From Pseudovirgaria hyperparasitica (taxonomy: Eukaryota), in assembly GCA_010093815.1 (NCBI GenBank), contig ML996567.1: DNA of 64,000 nucleotides; one strand, 5' to 3'. The notes under the pieces were generated by a model. It saw nothing but the letters and a program-made list of their open reading frames with translations, was not told the DNA's origin and ran no database searches. Below are positions 47,633 to 61,380 of the stretch, piece by piece. A program made the translations under genes and the position numbers. Position 1 is the first letter of the stretch, and the number at the start of each line of letters is the position of its first letter.

Positions 47633-50600
47633 ATGGCTCGCGCGAGCGTGTTGTCAACGCAGCGTTCTGCCAATAGTGTTCGAGAGCCTAATGGCATTCC
47701 TCCTCCATCTACGATTGCTGCTCAGATTGTAAATCATCACGCGCAGAGCAGCACAGCACGCGAGCCAGAGAAAAAGGCCATCTTTGCTCAACTGCTGCAG
47801 GACTACTTGAAAGATACATCATCTGCAGAAGAGCCAGATCCTGATGTCAATGCACAGCTCGTAACGGTTGTTGCTGAAGCAGGCCTTTCAGGGTTCACAG
47901 AAAATCCTTTCGACCAACAGACCCTAATTGCTCAAGCCATAGACAGTCTGTATGTTATTGAGCTAATACTGAAACGGACTCCAGAGCTCATTTTGTTCCG
48001 GACGACTCAAGAGGATGACAGTAAAGGACCTCGTCTTTTTACTACGCTGCTCCCAAAGATCTTGTTCCTCGTAGGTCGAAATGGTCTTGACGAGCTGCAA
48101 CAACACTTGTGCTCCCTTTTAGTAGGATGCTTTAAGACTCTACATGGGTCTGGGTCACTATGGCGTGAATCCATGTCATTGCTAGACATCTACAAGGGAA
48201 TTGTTGAAGGTTCGCAAGTCCCTTCCGACCCTTCTTACATGCTGACCCCTTTCAGCCGTGCTCCAGGCTTTCGATAGAATAAATTCTGACCCCTCTGCGT
48301 CTATCAAATCATTCAAAGTGAGCCTACCTCCGACTGATGGTATTTTCAAGGTATGGCCAGAAAGTCAGCATTTGGTAGCCCTTCCTCCCGGCTGCCAAAT
48401 GGTTGTGGCATCCTCCACACAAGCGACAATAATAGCCAGGTCCTTCCTTGAAGTCATCACGCAATGTCAATCAAGAAAGCTCAAGGCCTCCCTCAAAGCT
48501 CATTCATCGAATACCGATCGTTCCTGGCTTCTGGAAACTTGTGGCCGTTTGTGGTCATCGTTTCAAGCAATCAGCTCGCACGCGTTCACCCTAACCCAGC
48601 GTCAAATCTTTCAAGTTCGATTTCTTCAGCTTTTAGATGAAGCATTTTATTCACAGAAAGACGGCTATCAGTCGTTAATCTCTTTGCCGCGTTCGCTTAC
48701 TATCGTCACCGACGTCTATTCAGACCTGTTCAGTGCTGCATACCAAGAACACGAATCACTTTCTTTGGAGGGTTGCTTGGCTTGGTCACTCATGCGCCTT
48801 CTTTCGATGACTCGCACCACCACGCAATATGGCGTGCAAAGACAACAGATCCAAATGGTAGAAAGTTTGAGCTTCCGAAGACTTCGTAGGCTATTACTCA
48901 CACTTCCGTATACTTATGAAGGCGCATCCGGCTTTTCGAGTCCCGACTTGAAGGTACGTCGAGTCCTATTGAGGCTCGAATGCAGACTAAATGCAATTGA
49001 TAGGTCGCAATCAGTGCTGCTTTTGGTCATGAGATGGCGGAGAAGTTCAAAGATAGCTATTTGACTTCAGATGCTACAGATGGCACTAGAGACTCGATGC
49101 CCAAGTTTACTGACCCTACTCTGGAAGCTACGTTTGCAAGCCTTCTTCTGCAGGGAGAGGAAACCGGAGGACAGACAAGTCGACCTACGAAACGAATAAA
49201 ATTGAACGACAGAAGTTGTAATGAGCATCAAAGCAAGCTCCTGAACGATCTTGTTAGCGAATGCGTCCGAAATTCAGAACCTGAACATGTTCAAGTTGAT
49301 AAGGCAATCAGCGAGGAGTCCCCCAAAGACGCTATCGTTACTCCTCAACAATTATTCGAAGCGCGCCATCCCGAGTAGGTGGTCCCAGTAACTCTCATCG
49401 TAGGAAGCTGACTTAACAGACTCGTATTTGGGGGGCCTAATATAGATGATCAGCACGAGTTTCTCAGGTCTTTCTCTTTGATACCATGTGCATATTCGTC
49501 TTCCCTTTTCGAGATTGTAGGAACCTCGAGGAATCTGCGGCGACTATGCTCGGTTTGTGATATAGAAAAGAACCACACAAGTCCCGAATCAGGCCCTGGT
49601 AAAGATTACCACGAGGATCACCTTGTAGAACAAGCGTTGTACATATACGAGATAACAGACCTCATGCCACGGGCGCTCCGGCCTCGCGATCGAGTACTAC
49701 TTGCGAGTTCAATACGCCGGCATGCTTTACACACGCATGACACGGCATTCTTGGATTTGTTTGAATCAAAGGCCGGGGAATGGTGTTTAAAAGCATTGAC
49801 AAGTTCTCACAGAGAAGTTCGTATCTCAGCCGGGTAGGTTCGCTAAAAGTCTGGAAGGCAAGTAGTATCCCCTGACTGTGTCCTAGCCGCGCTATTATTC
49901 CTTTCCTGCAAGGCCATGTTGCAGAGGTCACTCGAACGAAGAATCGTCGAGAAACGCTGAAATTCTTGAAAACCTTATCAGAACGGAATGAGCTAGTGGA
50001 GCAAGAGACATTGATCATGATGTGGGGCCAGGTGGCTAGGTGAGTACGACAAAGGTTCCAGCGGACTTGCTGACGATCAAATCAGAGTATGTGGTGACGA
50101 AGAGTTGAACCTAGCGTTGCTATATCTCATCGACTGCCTAGGCCATTCTAATACCCCCATTTGTGGGATCGCTTACAATGAAGTACAACCTGCACATCCC
50201 CTCTCGACAATCGCTGATTATCGTAGCTTTCCGGGTTGGCCGCCGCGCTTGAAAAGGCACCAGCAGACTTGATTAGACCATTCTGGAGCAGTCTAGCTAT
50301 CACTGTTGTGCAAAATTTGCATACACGCCCTCAGAAAGCACAACTACTGGCTGACTGGCTCAGCATGAGTGTTAATCAACTATTAATTTTAACTCAAACA
50401 GATACGGTGCCTTACCTAGTTTTGACTAAGAAGGTCGATACCCTGAGGCGCATAGCTACAGCTCGAGGTGCATCAGCTACAGTCAGAGATGTCTGTACGC
50501 AACCGAGCAGAAATCTGGCCGCAATACTTGCCCTCTTGCTGTGCCAACCATCAGACTCCGTAGAGAAGGCTAGCTTGGAGCTTCTCGTCACAGCCGCGCC

Positions 50601-53600
50601 TGAATTTCAAGAGACCTCTCTGCAAGGTCTAATTTGTGCTGAGCCAATATTGGTAGCCTTCGAAATGCTCAAAAGAGCCGCTGATATTGAGCAGTCCAAA
50701 AAGAACCAGGTACGGAAACCGTCTAAAGATATATGTTGAAATGAAAACTGAGTAGTTTCGTGTAACAGGTGCAAACTGGCTTCCACACGCTCACCGTTTT
50801 GGCCGAAGGTAGACGTGATAAGAACAAACTTCCGAAGACACAAGTTTTGAAAGGCTTTTTTGAGAAGCACATTCTTGGTATCATGGCTCACATTACCGCT
50901 GTAATCGACAGTCCCAGAGATCCTCGTCCTGTGTCGGAAAGAAAGCGATGTTTAGGAGCTATTGAAGAGATGATCAATCTTGCTGGCGAGCTTGTTAGCA
51001 ATGCAGTCCCACAGGTATATGTATCACAGTCATGATCAAGCACTTGACGCTAACAAGGGAGCTAGATTCGAGCGTGCTTGCAATGCGCATTGGATGAGCA
51101 ACAGCTTCGGGATCGAGCGTTTCAAGTCTGGATTACTCTGGTTCGCGCAGTCAGTGACGATGACTTGAGTATCCTCCTTGATCCAACGATGTCGATTATT
51201 GCACGTCGCTGGTCCAATTTTCAGAGCGACACGCAAAGCCTGGCTCATGACCTCGTGTCGGATCTGTTTAAGAACAAAGGTGACTTGATCAAAGAGCACA
51301 TTGATACATTCCCATCTTTGAGAGGAATTGATATGCTTTCGAAATTCGAAGGGCAAGTTGCAAAACGAAGGATAGGGGGATCAGATCCACTTCGACAGTT
51401 CGACGCCTTCTGTCGTCGACTACAAGACGAAAGCACAACAGTGGTCTCACAAGCTCTTCAAGAAATTCTTCCGTTCCTAGAGTCAAACCAGCGTGCTCTG
51501 CACGAGTCTGCGGTGAGCCAAAAATCCGGACACACTATATCCCAGCTTGCGCGCTGCTTTCTAGACGTCCGCGCCCGCTTTGGCGATGATGATGCCGACA
51601 TAGCCCGTTATGTTTCTTCTGCCTTGGGTCTCATAGGCTGTATTGATTCAAACAAAGTGGAAGCTATAAGGGAGAAGAAAGACATACTGGTTCTGTCCAA
51701 TTTTGAGCGCGCGGCGGAGGTGATCACGTTCACTGCTCATCTGCTGGAGCATATACTGGTCAAAGCCTTCCGATCAGCGCCAAATTCGAGGGCGCAAGGC
51801 TTTCTTGCGTATGCTATGCAAGAACTTCTTCGTTTTGGTAAATTCCATGAGGTTGTGGGACAGAAGCCACGTGGGGCTTCTAACGAAATCAGCTATCAGA
51901 AATGGCACAGCATGTCAGAGCCCGCTCGTAATACTCTGATACCGTTCGTCAGCTCGATGTATCGTATACAAAACAACGTTGGCAACGTCTCTGATGTTCG
52001 GTTATTTCCAACATTCAGCAGTGAAACGAGTCACTCTGTTTGGCTACGCACTTTCACGTTTAACCTTCTGCAAAAAGGGAAGGGTGAGAATGCCGTCATG
52101 CTTTTTGGAGTCTTATCTCGTGTCATTCGGGGACATGATCTGTCTATTGCTACATTCATGCTTCCTTTCGCTGCATTGAATGTGATTATCGGTGGCACTG
52201 ATATAGACTCCAGTGATGTTGCCCAAGAGCTTCTCGCAATTCTCCAATACGAGCAAGAAGGTGGCCAGGTCGAAGACGAAGACATCAAACAGTGTTGTGA
52301 AGTAGGTGACCATTCTTTGCCTAGTAGAAAGTGCTGATCTATCCCAGAATGTCTTCCAAGTCCTCGACTACCTATCTAGATGGTTGCATGAAAGGAGACG
52401 AGTAGTTGCCGATGCGAAGGTCGCTGCCTCGCGTGGAGGCCGTATGCCCGCCGAACTAGACGAACTTAAGGAAATTCAACTGATCAGCAGTGTCGAGAAC
52501 GTACTCAGTATAATACCAGCTGAAGTAATATCCCGGCGTGCTGTCGAATGTGGTTCCTATGCGCGCGCACTATTCCATTGGGAACAGTACATGCGCCAAC
52601 AAGCCGGAAAAGCAGAATCGCTCGGAATCATCTACGACCGACAACCCCATCTGCAGTACATGCAGCAGATCTACTCCCAAATTGATGAACCTGACAGTAT
52701 TGAAGGTATATCTGCACATCTTACGCTTGTCGACCCAGCTCGGCAAGTCCTGGAACATCGTAAAGCGGGAAGATGGTCTGCTGCTCAGAGCTGGTACGAG
52801 TTGTCTCTTGCTCAAGACCCGGAGAATCAGGATTTACAGGTGGATTTATTCACATGCCTCAAAGAGTCAGGCCAATATGGTATACATAATCCACTCATGC
52901 TGAAAAAAAAAAGCTTACTCTGAACAGATTCCTTGCTAAATTACGTCGAGAGTTTCAGTAACTCTTCTTCTGTGCTACCTTCTCGGGCCCTGCCCTTTGC
53001 TGCTGAGGCAGCTTGGGTCACTGGCAAATGGGACCGACTGGAGAAGGCTCTCGCACGTGTGCCAGAAGATGTATCACTCTCTACACAAGACTTCAACATG
53101 GGCGTTGGTAAAGCCCTACTCGCACTTCGTAAAGGCAACGAGGACAACTTCAAATCCACACTATCTGCGGTGCAGGAAGGCATCACGCGAAGCCTTACGG
53201 CAAGCTCAACGTCTTCGCTACATGCTTGTCACGTCCAACTGCTCAAGCTTCATCTGTTATACGAGATCGATGCTATCAGTGGCTGCGGCAACTCGCAGCT
53301 GAAGAGCCGCGAGGCTGTCCTGCCAGTACTGAACCAGAGGTTGGAGATAATAGGTGCATACACATCTGATAAGCAGTATGTACTAGGAGCGAGACGAGCC
53401 GCTATGCAGCTATCGAAGTAAGCATTTTCGGTCTATGCAAAGGAATGGCACTAAACATCATAGACTCCGATTTACTGAATTAGACGAAGCATCGTCGTGG
53501 CTGACAAGCGCGACCCTGGCACGCAAATCAGAGTTCTCGAACACAGCTTACAACGCTGTACTGCACGCAGCTCAGTTAGGAGACGAGGAGGCCAAGATAG

Positions 53601-55741
53601 AGCACTCTAAGTTACTGTGGAAAGAGGGCCACCAAAGAAAAGCGATACAAACTCTCAAAGGTGCCATTGATACGGACTCTTTCCGTCCAAGAGAGCCAAA
53701 TGCAGCCGAAGTGCCGGCCATCACACACTCTACAGTATCTACTGGTATCGAAGTCAACGACCAACCCAATCGACTAGTAGCTCGTGCAAATCTACTACTC
53801 ACAAAATGGCTGGATCAAGCTGGTCAAACACAATCAAATGAAATCACCCGACGGTACCAAAACGTCATAAAATCTTATGCTCGATGGGATAAAGGTCATT
53901 ACTACCTGGGCAAACATTATAACAAGATCCTGGAAGCAGAGAAAGCTCTCCCAAGGAATAAGCAAAGCTCATCATATATCTCTGGAGAGCATACTAAGCT
54001 GGTCATTGATAATTACACGCGATCTATGGTATACGGAGCAAAATACTACTATCAGGTTGTTCCAAAAGTCCTCACGCTGTGGCTGGACTTGGGCATGGAG
54101 GTTCATGAAGCAGCACGGAGATCCACAGCAGAAGTAGAGCTCTCCAACATGCGTATCAAGAATCTCACGTACGTACACAAACAGCTACAGAAGTATGCCG
54201 TTGAGCGTATACCACCGTACGTCTTCTATACGGCATTCCCGCAAATCATTACGCGCATCAGCCATCCGAATGTGAAAGTTTGGGAGGTCCTGCAAGATAT
54301 AATATTAAGGATTGCTTCAGCTCATCCCCAACAAACATTGTGGGCTTTGCTGGCTGTCGTCAAATCGACAGCAGTGGAACGAGCAAGTCGAGGTCAGCAA
54401 GTACTCAGTAAACTCAAAGAGATCTCGAAGAAGCAGCGAGCAGACAACTCGGGACTCGACTTGAGGGTGCTCATTACGCATGGCCAGCGACTGACGGAAC
54501 AACTTCTGAATGCCTGCGAAGTAGCCGTGGATGCAAGAGTCACCCATGTCAGTCTCAGTAAGGATCTTGCATTCAACATGAAATTAGCACCATGCCAGTT
54601 AGTTGTTCCAATTGAGGCTACGATGACGACAAGCCTTCCGAGTGTACGGGACTCGACACACGTTCGCAAACACAAGGCGTTTCCAAGTCCAAGCCTCGCT
54701 CTAACAATAAGCTCGTTCGAGGACGATGTTCTCGTCTTGAGCTCTCTTCAGCGGCCTCGCAAACTGACTATAGTTGGTTCCGATGGCCGTAAGTACGGTC
54801 TCATGTGTAAGCCCAAGGACGACCTCCGCAAGGATCAACGCCTCATGGAGTTCAACGCAATGATCAACCGGTCTCTGCGGCGCGATGTGGAATCGTCTAA
54901 GCGTCAACTCTATATCAAGACTTATGGTGTCACGCCCCTAAATGAAGAGTGCGGCACTGTCGAATGGGTGGACAATCTCAAGCCAATCCGAGACATCATC
55001 ATTCGCATCTATCGTCAGAACAATGTCGTCATAGACTATAGTGAAATCCGCACCCTTCTCGACGCAGCTTGTGCGAATCCACCACATTCCACCGAAATAT
55101 TTACTCTCGACATACTTTCCAAGTTCGCACCTGTATTACACGAATGGTTTACAGAGTCATTTCCTGACCCGTCTACCTGGCTTGCAGCACGACACCGATA
55201 TTCTCGATCTTGCGCCGTGATGTCAATTGTCGGACACGTCCTCGGATTAGGCGATCGACATGGCGAAAATGTACTGCTCGATGCGGAAGGCGGCATATTC
55301 CACGTTGACTTCAACTGCCTCTTCGACAAGGGCCTGACTTTTGAGAAGCCTGAACTTGTTCCCTTCCGTCTCACTCATAACATGCTCGATGCAATGGGGC
55401 CAGCTGGCATCGAAGGACATTTCCGCGTTGCTGCAGAGCTCGTGTTGAGGATCTGCCGACAAAATATGGATACTCTGATGACTATCCTCGAAACATTTGT
55501 GTGGGATCCAACAGCGGACTTTGTGGGTGCGCAGAAGAAGAGAAAGAGGACTGGCGTTGGGGCAGATGTGCCTGATACACCACAAGAAGTGCTAGACGCG
55601 GTGCAGAACAAGCTCAAGGGGTTGATGAAGGGCGATAGTGTGCCCTTGGGGGTTGAAGGATATGTGGACGCGCTGATTAGACAGGCCAGGAGCGAACGCA
55701 ATCTGGCTGCGATGTACATAGGATGGTGTGCGTTCTTCTGA
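47633..55741 (+). CDS. MEC1: PIKK checkpoint kinase ATR/Mec1/Rad3 (UvsB), about 11 introns
   Basis: HEAT/UME-like and FAT regions (ARALFHWEQY); kinase motifs SLQRPRKL, CKPKDDLRKDQRLMEF, LGLGDRHGENV, HVDFNCLF and PELVPFRLTHNM; FATC end MYIGWCAFF*. Confidence 0.96.
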
Positions 55742-56412
55742 GGGTCGTCATGAGTGGTATTGCACCAAGCCGTATCATGCTCGAGCCTATAGTGTATGGT
55801 ATCTAGAAATGTGCCTATGGAGGACAGCCTGAGAAGGTATCAGAATCCTCAGAAGACCTTAGAAGACTGACTGGAAACATGATATGAAAGACGTATGAGA
55901 GACAATAGAAGCGAGCGACGAATGTTTCACTTCATGTCAAACAACACTTTAACCTTAGCCTAAAGAGGGATAGTGTGGGTCCGTGGTGCCTGTAGGTGCA
56001 GGTGCGATAAAGTTGACGTGCAGATCATTGACATGACATGATATCTGTATGCACATGCACGTATCCATCCAAGAGGTTTATACTGTACTGTGTTCGTAGA
56101 ATAAATGTTAAAGGTACCACCGGACATTTGGTAGCAGGTTAAGTCTCTACATATGTACCTTGGTAGTTATTTTCACAGTACAGTACCTTGCGCGCGTGCA
56201 GCCCACATGCAAGTGCCTCCGAAGTACCGCGTGTACCCAGGTAGCTCCATGACGTTTTGGCCAACAACCTTGGCCTTGAGACTGCCGCATGCCTTCTTAA
56301 CTGTCCTCTCTTCATACACCTTTGTGGACTCACTTATTCCTTTACACCTGTCGTACCACCACCGAAAGGATATACCTTGACAGCAGTATCCTCATCTTAT
56401 ACGTTATCCAGC

Positions 56413-57729
56413 ATGTCTAGCTCCACTGAAGGCTCCGCCGTACCCGCCTCCGCAAAAGGCTCGTGGTCAAGTTTCCTTAAGGTCAGCATATTTGTACGAT
56501 GCTGCGATTCCACAATTGACTGATGGAATGTACAGTCTATTGCGTCTTTCAACGGCGACCTGTCTTCCCTCACAGCCCCCGCATTCATACTCTCCAGTAC
56601 CTCGCTGGTTGAATTCTCCACCTACTGGGCCGAACATCCTTCCATATTCATAGCCCCTGCAGCAGAGAAAGACCCCGCCAAACGGGCACTTCTGGTCCTA
56701 AAATGGTTCCTGAGCACTTTAAAGCAGCAATACAGCACCCGTAACGAAAAGCTTGGAAGCGAGAAGAAGCCGTTGAATCCCTTCTTGGGGGAGCTCTTCT
56801 TGGGTAGATGGGTGGATGGGGCTGGAGAGACTCAACTCGTGAGCGAACAAGTCAGGTATGTGTGCTTCACAGTGTGTCGCACTATCAGACTAATACTTTT
56901 TGTAGCCATCACCCTCCAGTAACGGCGTACTGTATCTGGAACAGTGAGCACGGCGTTCGTCTTCAAGGATACAATGGACAGAAGGCGTCCTTTTCCAGTA
57001 TGACAATCAATGTCAAGGTTAGTCAAATCCGCCGCAGAATGTAGTTCATGACACTGATGCGCTGCTCAGCAAATTGGGCATGCGATCCTGCACATAGACG
57101 AATTTGACGAGGACTATTTGATAACATTGCCTCCACTCCATATCGAAGGACTTTACAGTGGCGCACCGTTTGTAGAGCTGAATGGTGACACGTACATCAC
57201 CTCGACGAGCGGTTACACCTCGAGGATAAAATACAGCGGGCGTGGTTGGGTGTCTGGGAAGAAGAACTCATTCAACGCCAGTCTCTACCATGACGGTAAA
57301 GAGAAGGAACCTCTTTACACGGTCGATGGACAGTGGACTGGTTCCTTCAGCATCAAGGACACGAAAACAAAAGCTACTCTAGACACGTACGATGCCGCCA
57401 AATCCAAGACGACATCCCTGACAATTGCTCCTGTTGACGAGCAAGACCCGTTGGAGTCACGGAGAGCCTGGCAGAAAGTCGCAGCAGCCATTCAGAAAGG
57501 AGATATGGATGCGACATCACGAGAGAAGACGGTGATTGAGCAGAGTCAAAGGGAGCTCCGGAATAAAGAAAAGGCAGAAGGGAAAGAATGGAACCGTCGA
57601 TTCTTTGTGAAGACAGACTCGCATGCCACGTTGGAGAAGCTCGCGAAGAAGCTCGGCGTTTCTGTTGACGGAGACAAAACTAACGGGGTTTGGACGTTCA
57701 GTTCTGAGAAGGCAAGCGTTGCCAAATAG
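56413..57729 (+). CDS. KES1: Oxysterol-binding protein Kes1/Osh4, 4 exons
   Basis: [48 protein letters not shown] and [10 protein letters not shown]. Confidence 0.93.
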
Positions 57730-58653
57730 CCTTTCCAGCCTCGGGAAGGAGGATGAGGATGGAGGAGACCAACAGGTTGCAAGCGAATGCGACACAGGGG
57801 CTTAATTCGTTCCTGGAATCTGTTCTGACATTTCGTAGGGCGTTCAAGAGTACAAGCTGCTGTATCGGCACTATATCACATTCTTGAAGAGCCGCGCCCG
57901 GACTTGGTAGAGTGTGTTTCATCATGCACGTATTAATTCTGGAATACCCAATCAAGGCTGCTCGAGCCGTTCCAGTTTTCTCCATTCAGATGGCAAACAA
58001 ATGATAAGGGCGAGATGGCCAAGTGATTGATGTCTGCAAACCAGACAGCATCAGTCTATCAGTCAGTAGCAAGGAGCTGGTGGCTAGCGACTGGAATGGT
58101 GGATGAATAGATCATTGGCCCAGACACGCTGAAGGTACATGACTTGAACGTTGATTAGCACTATGGATACGCTATCACTAATTGATCACCTTAGATTCGA
58201 TCGCGTCATCTTCATCGTCATCCATGTTGCCTCTGGTTCTGGCCCTGGCCTTGGTCGTGACCCACAAACGCCGCAACACTTACACTCCCTTGTCCCACTA
58301 AAACTTAGTTTCTGCTATCACTTACTTGCACCTGTTCTTCCCGCAACCCTTGCTAGCAACCGTTACAGGATTCGTGGAAAGCAAAAAAGTCGTTGACGGT
58401 GATATTCCCCAGGCGGTATTTCACTTCTGCCCCTTTGTCGCCATGCGCTTTCTTCCCCTCTTCGCTGTTGCAACTTCTCAGGCATAGACCCATAGTATTG
58501 ACGCACTTTTTCGCTGAAGAGGCTGTCTAGCTACTCCTTGCAGGCTTCAACTAGCTGCCCGCACCAGAACCCCCCAATCGCATCATATCTCTAATTATCT
58601 ATCTCCGAGTGATCTCCTGGCCCAACCACAGCTTCTCTCTACACAGTCTACAG

Positions 58654-60030
58654 ATGGCCTCGCAAATACCCCCATCAGCTCCAGATCCCTCAAATACCAC
58701 TTTAAAGCCCACAGACCGGCTCTCTGATATCCTTCCTCCCCTCATCTTCGGAACTGCAACCTTCAACGGCCAGTATAACCCTGATCCTTACGCACTCGAC
58801 ACCACCGGTCTGGTTGAATCTGCCCTGCAGCTTGGCGTCCGCGCATTTGATACCTCCCCCTACTATGGCCCCTCGGAGCTGCTTCTGGGCACTGCCCTGA
58901 ACACGCCCTTCGTCCTTGACAACTTCCCTCGCGAGGAGTACTTTATCCTTACTAAAGTCGGTCGAATCGCCGGCGACGAGTTTGACTATTCGCCCGAATG
59001 GGTTCAGCACAGCGTGAAGCGCAGCTGTGAGCGCCTGGGCACGGCATACTTGGATGTGGTATACTGCCACGACGTCGAATTCGTCTCCGAAGACGAAGTC
59101 CTCACAGCCGTCAAGGAGTTGCGCAGACTACGCGACACAGAAGCCCTGATCCGCTATGTCGGCATCTCGGGCTACCCGCTCCCCGTCCTCGCACGCCTCG
59201 CAGAACGAATCCTAGAGGAGACAGGTGAGCCACTCGATATTGTCCAAAGCTACGCAAACTTCACCCTGCAAAACACCACCCTCGCCGGCCCAGACGGCAT
59301 CGAGAGACTCAGCAAGGCGGGCGTGGACGTTGTTCCCAACGCGAGCGTGCTAGGCATGGGCATGCTCCGCCACTCGGGCGTGCCTGTCGGCGCAATGGGC
59401 GACTGGCACCCGTCGCCCAACAATCTGCGCCGTGCCGTGGCCCTCGCATCCGAGTTCTGCGACCGGCACGGCGAGCGCCTCGAGGTTATTGCCATCCGGT
59501 ACGCGCTCGAGAGCTGGCTGCGCATCGGATCGCGTGTGGGATCGCGCGGCGACCCGGCGAGCGGAGTGCCGTTTACGCGCGAGAGTAATGCGCAGGTCGG
59601 AGGCGCGAAGATGGGCGTCAGTGTCATGGGTGTGAGTAATGATGATGAGCTGCAGAAGACGATGCAGGTGTGGAGGAGTATCCTGGATGGGTTGGAGGAT
59701 GGGCGGGAGACGGCTGTCAAGGCGGGTAGGTGGGAGCGGGACCACGAGTGGAGCTTGAATAGGAAGCGCGCGGTGCAGATTCTGGCTGAGGGCGTGGGCG
59801 AGTGTCTGGATGGCTGGCTGGATTATGTGTGGGAGAGTCCGGGTGAGGGGTTTGTGAATATGAGGGGGAAGAGGAAGGGCGGGGCTGAGGAGAAGGTTGC
59901 GGAAGAGGGAGTTGCACCATGGCCGACGCCTGATGCGAGTCCGGAGCCGGAGTCGATGAAGAAGGTTGAGCAGACGCTACCATTACGTGTTGGCTTGGAT
60001 GCGCAGGGTGACAGACCTGACCGTAGCTGA
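58654..60030 (+). CDS. ARA2: Aldo-keto reductase, D-arabinose/L-galactose dehydrogenase (Ara2-like)
   Basis: LPPLIFGTATFN, AFDTSPYYGPSE.LLG, TKVGR, YLDVVYCHDVEF and GISGYPL. Confidence 0.85.
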   Translation: MASQIPPSAPDPSNTTLKPTDRLSDILPPLIFGTATFNGQYNPDPYALDTTGLVESALQLGVRAFDTSPYYGPSELLLGTALNTPFVLDNFPREEYFILTKVGRIAGDEFDYSPEWVQHSVKRSCERLGTAYLDVVYCHDVEFVSEDEVLTAVKELRRLRDTEALIRYVGISGYPLPVLARLAERILEETGEPLDIVQSYANFTLQNTTLAGPDGIERLSKAGVDVVPNASVLGMGMLRHSGVPVGAMGDWHPSPNNLRRAVALASEFCDRHGERLEVIAIRYALESWLRIGSRVGSRGDPASGVPFTRESNAQVGGAKMGVSVMGVSNDDELQKTMQVWRSILDGLEDGRETAVKAGRWERDHEWSLNRKRAVQILAEGVGECLDGWLDYVWESPGEGFVNMRGKRKGGAEEKVAEEGVAPWPTPDASPEPESMKKVEQTLPLRVGLDAQGDRPDRS

Positions 60031-60251
60031 GATGAGATCTTGGGCTAGACCGACCGTTTAGAAGGCATGGCGCTGTATGCTGTTTGATATTATGCGTTTA
60101 CACATAGAAGCGAAGCACATGTCAATGTTGGATCAACACTACTACTCTTTTTCAATCCAGATCCGACCGTACACGAGATATGGCGGATTCCAAAAGAGAG
60201 ATATCCCGTAATTCATCCACCCATCAAAAGACGCCCGAAGAACAAATCCAC

Positions 60252-60879
60252 CTATAGCGGATTCAATCCCAACTCCTTCTCGAGCTTCTCCGCCTTTATT
60301 GCCTCCTCACTCCCCACGGCCACGATCTTCCCCACAACCAAGTACTTTTCTTCAAACCGCTCCTCCCAGCCCCTCAACGCCTCCATCTCCTCCGCGCCCA
60401 AACCCTTCAGATCATCCAAAGGCCCGGTGAGGTCCTTGGTCAGCATATCCTCATCAAAACTGCCACACGCAAGGCCGCGAGACGCATCACGCCCTGCGAA
60501 GTTCGCATAGGGGCCTCCTGGCCCATAGAACGAGGCGCCTGTCGACACGTCGAACACACGGCCCCGCACGGCAAAGTAGATGGGTTTGCCGTTGAGGCCG
60601 TTGTATGGGAGGAGTGTCGGCGGGGTAAATGTGCGGAAGACGGTGGGCGCGGGGGCTTTGGGGAGTGTTTGCGGGGCTTGCGGACGGAGGCGCAGGTAGA
60701 CGAGGTAGAGGAGGATGGAGATGAGGATGATGTTGATGGGAGTGAGGAGGGTGGTGCTGGTGGTATCCGTGGTGCCCGGGGGCAGGGTTTTGGGGACGTC
60801 GGCTGCGAAGGACCGTGTTAGTTTAGGTGAATGTGATATATATGTATGATATTGAGGGTATGGACGTACTGTCTGCCAT
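60252..60879 (-). CDS. DAP1: Membrane-associated cytochrome b5-like heme/steroid-binding protein (Dap1/PGRMC1)
   Basis: Exon 60870-60879, intron 60803-60869. TM segment, then IYFAVRGRVFDVSTGASFYGPGGPYANFAGRDASRGLA and WEERFEEKYLVVG. Confidence 0.92.
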
Positions 60880-61380
60880 TGGGGCTGATGAGAGCGTGGG
60901 TTTCCGCCGGTAAGAGTGGTGATTTATGTTCTCTTGTCGGTGTTTGGGGTGTGGAAAGGAGGGGATGGCTGGGAAGTTCTCCAAGCAGAGTTTATACGAG
61001 GAGTGAATGGGGTTGTTTGGTCAGACCACAAGATATTCGGAGGCCGAGTCGTGCCAACTCCCGTATCTGGCACCTTCTGAACATTGGACTGATGACGAAA
61101 GATGGTGGATGACTTATCCCTTTGTCAGCGACACGTGCACAGCCCAGATCAGAACATATCGACAATAGCATTAATTATCTATTCGTATCATTGAAGCTCC
61201 ATTTCTCTCAGTCCCGACCATTCGCCCAGCCACCAATCCGCGAAAACTCTTTGCGACTTCACTTGAAACCTCTCCCGCCGACTGTATTCCCTCGACTATT
61301 CTCCATGTCCTACACAGCTGGTACTCGCCAGATTTCACCCCACGGTCCCCTCTCATAAAACTCTCCTTCAACACCTATCA

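Noticed and set aside
56413..60879. KES1 and DAP1 proximity as a sterol gene cluster
   Set aside because: Only two loosely related housekeeping genes, separated by an unrelated reductase; no shared motif seen.
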